Origin: Tubiluchus corallicola
Taxonomy: Eukaryota; Animalia; Priapulida
Direction of reading: 5' to 3'
Assembly (NCBI GenBank): GCA_030141605.1
Contig: JAQGDQ010001518.1
Location: 1-36,698 of the forward strand
DNA: 36,698 nucleotides
Below the pieces are notes generated by a model. It was not told the DNA's origin and ran no database searches. It saw only the letters and a program-made list of their open reading frames with translations. Numbering within the stretch: position 1 is the first letter of the stretch; each line of letters starts with the position of its first letter. Of this stretch, positions 28,798 through 36,698 are shown piece by piece. Both the position numbers and the translations under genes were made by a program.

Positions 28798-29627
28798 TTT
28801 CATTTTCGTGTTAGCTAAATTCTTCATCTGAATCCATTTCTGCGCTTGGAATTGGCCACTAAGTCTTGCGCCCGCAGATATTATTGATTCGACCACGCAG
28901 TGCTTCTTTGCTGCCCCTTCTTCTTTATCCTCCAGTATTCAGTGTATGTGGGGAAATCAATCGAAGAATTAGCTTGAAAATAAGATACTGCTCTTCTGAG
29001 ACTTGCCATGGTCATAATGGTAAAGAAGACAAAGTGTCCATTAACTCTCAAAAATTTTATTTTTTAACTGAAGTTAGACGAAATTAACTTAAATGGCATA
29101 GATCTTGAAAGACCTTAACTTAGGACTTTCAAGATTTAGGCAGAACCCATCAAGCTGATTAATTTTTAATATGAAAATCGAAGGTCAAGGCGAAAATCCT
29201 CCAATATGGCCGCCATTTTCAAGATGGCTGACAAAATGGCTATTGCTGGTTTTAAAAGCTGCCTCTTAGCTGCTAGAGCAAACAAGATGGCGATTTTGGT
29301 GACTAAATGTAGATTTTCGAGGTGAGGGAATCGACATCTTATGCTTAAAAACACCTATGACATCATCTATTTAGGATTTGAAGGTGGCTCCCAAGATGGC
29401 TGCATTAGCTTGTATAATGCATTAGCTATTCGCATCTATTTATAAAGTTCCAGGATTTCAGGTATTATTATTAGGCCTACTACTCATATCAAACCATAAC
29501 AATATCAGGCATGTACATCACACATTCAATGGAGTATCTTACCAAGAAACCAGTAATAAGAGGAAACAGTTGAAACCTGAATTTATGAATCCTGGTACAT
29601 AGATACTGCATATGTAAAATTATCTGT

Positions 29628-29681
<54 letters not shown>

Positions 29682-29682
29682 A

Positions 29683-29748
<66 letters not shown>

Positions 29749-29749
29749 C

Positions 29750-29798
<49 letters not shown>
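29628..29798. repeat. (TAG)n microsatellite
   Basis: Directly visible; abuts the LINE 3' end. Confidence 0.97.
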
Positions 29799-30290
29799 AT
29801 AAAATCTTTATTTGCCATTTTATAAACATTGACCATCATAATAAAAGACAGACAATCAGTGTTAGTTCATATAAAAAACATACACTGTTCTGGGCAAATG
29901 CGTCTGGTGCAAGCTAAACTATAAGTGCAACTAGAAATTCAAAAATAAAATATAAACTAGTTTAGTAAGGTCTAGGAAAAATGAAATTATGATTTGAGTG
30001 AGTATCATCGTGTTCGTATGTCGGATATTCAAAACGAGTCATTAAATGTTTTTTTTTAATTTAGACTTGAATATTGATAAAGAGCTGCTGTGTTTTAGTG
30101 ATGTCGGTAATGAATTCCAAATTTGTATTGCTTGCTTAGTAATGGAATTCTTTCCATATTGATTGTTCGTTCTAATGTTTCTTAAATTTAGTGTTCTGTT
30201 ATTCGTACTGGGGGTTTTAAGAAGTGGGAGCTTATTGTTTTTGAAAGGAGAATTAATATTGTTGATACATTTATAGAGAAACAAAGCATT
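29799..30290 (-). mobile_element. 3' fragment of a CR1/L2/Crack-group LINE
   Basis: ORF 30042-30284 ends ...IWNSLPTSLKHSSSLSIFKSKLK, a typical post-RT C-terminus; 3' UTR ends caaataaag plus a (CTA)n tail. Confidence 0.7.
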
Positions 30291-30610
30291 GTCACATTCG
30301 CCATCACATTAAAACTATGCAAACAAGATTTGCTTGGACACATTTACATCTGCCACGGCACACTTTAGCCGGCTGGCAGCAACAGTTAATAAGTTGTAAA
30401 CATGGGCTTATATGTCCAGTGTGGTTCATATATCACGTCAATGGACCTCATCCAGCCCAGGTGGAATGGTAAAGCTCGGGCAGTGATCAATGTTTGGTCT
30501 AATAGAATCCTGCCTGATACAACACATGTCTGGTTGGCTGGTGTTAGAGAAATTGCCCTCCACTAGCAGACCTCTTCGAGTGGACTCCTCTGCTTTGTGA
30601 ACTAACATTA

Positions 30611-30747
<137 letters not shown>

Positions 30748-31907
30748 GCTGAAGTCCGGTTGCAACCAGTATTGGTATGGAATGTTGACAGGCTGCCATA
30801 TTGGGTGCTACCTTAATTACTTGACGCTTAAAGCCTATGCACAAATACTACAACCATCGTCTTATTTATCGTGGAACATATAATATAGCTTATATACTGT
30901 ATAACTATATAATAATATATATATTATATATATTGTGGATGCGCCCAGTCCAGGCAAAGAAACAGCAAAAATCAGTATTGAATTGTGCAATAGACCTGCA
31001 ATTTATTAAAATAACAGATCACAAAAAGTGCTTAAGAATGTGCTAAAGCTTATTACTATTTAGACAAAATGAAAAATTAGATTTAAGAAGACTGAAACAC
31101 AAATTATTACTTTATGATTCTAGAGATTTGAAGCAATTCTAACCAATTTAAACTATTAACTAATTATTAAAGTAGACGGTGACTTACATTTACTGGTGAC
31201 AACTTTGGCTTGAAAATACAACTAGTGGCTGTTAAATTGTAACAAAATAGACAAAGCAATGCAAGAATGAGAAAATTCATTCCAGAGAGATATCGAAAAG
31301 AGCAGTTCATTGTATTACGATCGATTAGTGATCGCGCGTCAAAACGGTAACCATACTCGTGGTTTTCAAGGAAGCTATGCTTGCACATATCAGCATGCGG
31401 CGACTGTAACCGTGTAATTTATTCATAGCTCTGCTGCCCCCTGTGGGGACTTCTAGGCAAAATTCTCATCACGTGACAAACCGTAAGGCACAAAAATACC
31501 ACACTCGCAAAGACACACGATTGCAGAAATGCTATGAACCACACTAAATGAAAGCAACTAAAGGGGAGAGAGAAAAATAGTTCAAGTATGTGCATTGTGT
31601 AGTTTTTTGTATACATGTTTTCTCTTGCGTTTTTTATTTACTGTGGTAAGTGGTCCTTCATTTGTGGTATGATATTTGTATTTTCTGCGGTTTTTGATTC
31701 AAAAATTTATTTTATATATTAAGTATTATAGTAAATCGTATTATAGTAAATAGTATTATAGTAAATAGCATTATAGTAAAATTTAAGTATTAGGTCTATT
31801 TTTTAAATTTAGTTTATAGTACGTTATTTGTGTTTAATGATCGTTTGTACATTTTCCTTTTCATCTGAATGTAATCAAAGTGGTAGGTTGGAACATGTTG
31901 TTTATTA

Positions 31908-32826
<919 letters not shown>

Positions 32827-33576
32827 CAGACAGCATTTTTTTCTGCGGTCACGGTTGATTAATTTCTCAGTTACACACATGTAATATCACGTTTGATTAG
32901 TTTGTGACATTTATACAAGTCCGCAGGTTCTGTGACAAACGTCTACAACTAAAAGGTTTCACAAAAGATCAATCGCCACTTAATATTTCAACTTCTCCGG
33001 CGAGTAGACGACCACATTAGAGCTTCTCAAAGCTCAACAGAATTTGCTTTACTAGGCGAACCAAGTGAAAGAGAGTTTCATTATTAAAAGAGAAAGAAGC
33101 TTGCTCCGTGATCTGGAATTAAAGTACCGTCTATTTGCCAAGTTTCAACAGTCGTAAAAACATCTATGGGTTTGAGTTGCACGACTCAGAGCTCGTCAAA
33201 TTAATTAACCTTCAAAAGCGTCACTCAAGATTCTAGAGGTAAAAGTACTTCTATATTACTGCACTAGAAAAACACGGCCAGCTTCGCGGATCTAATGGAA
33301 CCTGCGCGTTGTTTTTCGTCTCCGTTCTTTATGTTAGACATCCGGTCTTCTCAGGCATCCACATTTACAATTCATGTCAACTCACCAGCACCCATGCTTA
33401 GAATCAAGGTGGATTTACCCTGGACTGAGCGCCTCGATAATTAAGTATGTGGAACTATCATTGATATCATAGTATGATTCCTGGACTACACATTACTCTC
33501 ATATACAAATTGTACGACATTTTCCTATGTATAACGTCAAAGTATGTAACATTATGATTTACTGAAATTATTCTAG

Positions 33577-34125
<549 letters not shown>

Positions 34126-35026
34126 CTGACGCTTATTATTAAATTATGACTTAGTACAATTGACTTGGGTCTATTTTTACTGCACGCCAGTACATACGAA
34201 GTGATTACGTAAATGTTTCGCTGGCGAAAAGCGATGTTGTCACGGATAGATTTGCCGCATTACCTCAGATGACCGAGTGCCTCTTGACATTTTGTTATAG
34301 TAACTGCGTAAACGTGTCACATCTGCTGTAACATTTCGTTTGGCAGCTGGGATTTTGATCTTTCCATTTGAATTAAATGATCTTTATCAGTTCCTAGTGA
34401 CACATCAACACAGGTTCTTGTGCTTGAATGTATAAAGGGTATTCACAGAGGGCACAGCGTATTGAAAGCATCTCTCTTTTTATCCGAAACCATTTTTAAT
34501 CATCGATTTTCTTATCGTCCGTCTAGTAATCTTCAAAAAGCGACAGAGAACAGGGGATCTTAGTTGCAGGAAATCAGACGGAAGAACTTATGAACATTTT
34601 GAATGAACAGTTGACTTGGTCGAAGAGAAATATCAACGCGTATTTCCTATCACTAGAATGTTAAAGATTTCTATGTTTTAACCTGCTTTCATATTCCCAC
34701 TTTTTAAATTTCTACTGTATTACCTTGAGTACCTGATGGCTTTGTTGGGTAAGGTGGTTAGAAGTAGTCAGTTTCGTAATAATCAACCTTCTACCTTAGT
34801 TCTAGTAACGAATACAGTTGTTTTACTTCGAAATAAAGGTAACTCGAACCTCTTACTAGGAATATCTATTAGCAAAACATTTTTCTGTGGGAACTCGGGC
34901 CAGGACTAAATGAATTCAGATCCAAATCAGCGAGCAGGACCGTATCTATCACTTGACTATGCCTGGTCAGACGCGGTTTACTCATATACAACTAAGCAGT
35001 TTGCTCAAATATTAGGTGTATGAAAA

Positions 35027-35574
35027 TGTTGGCTGGCATCCTTCTGTCTCGGAAGACAATGGAGTGCGTGCCAAGAGAGTCAGTTATTGATCACATTGAT
35101 GGAGCTGCAGCGTCGACTTTGGCTGAGCAGTGCGATCCTTGAAGGTCTCCGGGGCGCACGCCTGGGCAAGGTGTATGGAGATCTTGAGTTGCCCAGACAA
35201 CAGGAGCCCCTCTCTTCCTCGCTGGTGTAGTTCAAAGGAAAGCGGAGCGATACGTTTGGCACCAGGTTGGCTGCAGGAGCTGCCGGAGTCAGTGAGCATG
35301 CTGCACTGGTCCGTCTTCGGGGCTCCACTCCTGATTTGGAAGGTTTACTCCTCTACACATGGCTGTTGAGTCACTTGACCTCCTTTGCCCTCTAGCCGTT
35401 GGCTGCTTGCGCAGCTCCTCCGCCTAGTGTAGAGATACAGAGTGGGCATCCCGCAAGCCTACAGCACCAGGTATTCCTTGGCGGTCACCCATCCAAGTAC
35501 TAACCAGGCTCTACGTTGCTTAACTTCGGTGATCAGACGAGAACCGGCGTTTTCAACGTGATTTGGCCGTAGTC
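35027..35574 (-). mobile_element. 5S rRNA-derived SINE (SINE3), copy 2
   Basis: Full 120-nt 5S-like head 35574-35455 (gactacggcc...agttaagcaacg...gtacttggatgggtgaccgcc...gctgtaggctt) reading straight into the shared body; about 50 nt longer than copy 1 in the 3' part. Confidence 0.9.
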
Positions 35575-36012
35575 GCATGTATACAAATATTCGTTCGTAA
35601 ATAGAGTAGTTCCAATCTGAAATGTTCCTAATTATGACGTGGTTAATGCACCAAACATTGTCAGTTTCAACACCAGACTAGCAAACTGCAACTTTTTAAA
35701 CTGGTGCCATTTTAACTGTTTAACGTAAGCCATTTTCCTTACTGTAGTTTCTCTCCATTTTAAGTTTTTTAAGATTTGTCTCGTTTAATGATAAACTTTT
35801 TACTGTCCATATATTTGTTTTATAACTGTGATCGTAAATACATTGTAAATTGTATATTGTAAATAACATGCTGCCATTTTATTTTATAAAAAAATCTATT
35901 TTTATAAATGTTCTTAAACAAATAAAAATAAAATAAAAATAAATTATAATGTTATGATTCCCTTATAACCTGTCGAATTGGCTTATAACCTGTGTGTTTG
36001 ACTCTTTGACCG

Positions 36013-36698
<686 letters not shown>

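Noticed and set aside
28546-28818. duplicated ORF MEPRRRTSAACS (also 35080-35328)
   Set aside because: Lies in the SINE body, starts at a non-ATG codon, and the frames diverge between copies.
29200-29405. cluster of AAGATGGC (YY1-like) motifs
   Set aside because: Looks like internal subrepeats of a decayed element; nothing else supports a regulatory role.
33355-33444. candidate GPCR exon 2 after tctcag
   Set aside because: The translation lacks the expected ECL2 Cys and TM5 and stops after about 29 codons.
35455-35574. functional 5S rRNA gene
   Set aside because: No oligo-T terminator, fused to a body shared with a dispersed inverted copy, and not in a tandem array; a SINE3 head fits better.

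Overview
AT-rich, repeat-dense animal (probably invertebrate) genomic DNA, not prokaryotic. Two spliced genes lie on the + strand. (1) A TTLL4-like tubulin-tyrosine-ligase-family gene reconstructed by hand from 13 GT-AG exons (2426-17138, about 560 aa in one continuous frame, N-terminus not resolved). Its ATP/Mg ligands are intact, but several residues expected to bind glutamate and to set initiation versus elongation appear substituted. (2) The first coding exon (TM1-TM4) of an AKH/ACP/GnRH-receptor-family GPCR (24496-25017), followed by a probable intron running to the end of the window. The non-coding DNA holds a Penelope-like repeat in three copies, one with an intact minimal hammerhead ribozyme (8673-8718). 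It also holds two inverted 5S-rRNA-derived SINEs, a tRNA-derived SINE, a CCA-ended tRNA-Leu fragment, hAT, piggyBac and Kolobok-like MITEs, 3' fragments of RTE-X-like and CR1/L2-like LINEs, several minisatellites (21, 35, 38, 40 and 63 bp) and many long microsatellites. Most ORFs in the supplied track are microsatellite or chance artefacts. All family assignments come from motif recall, not from database searches.
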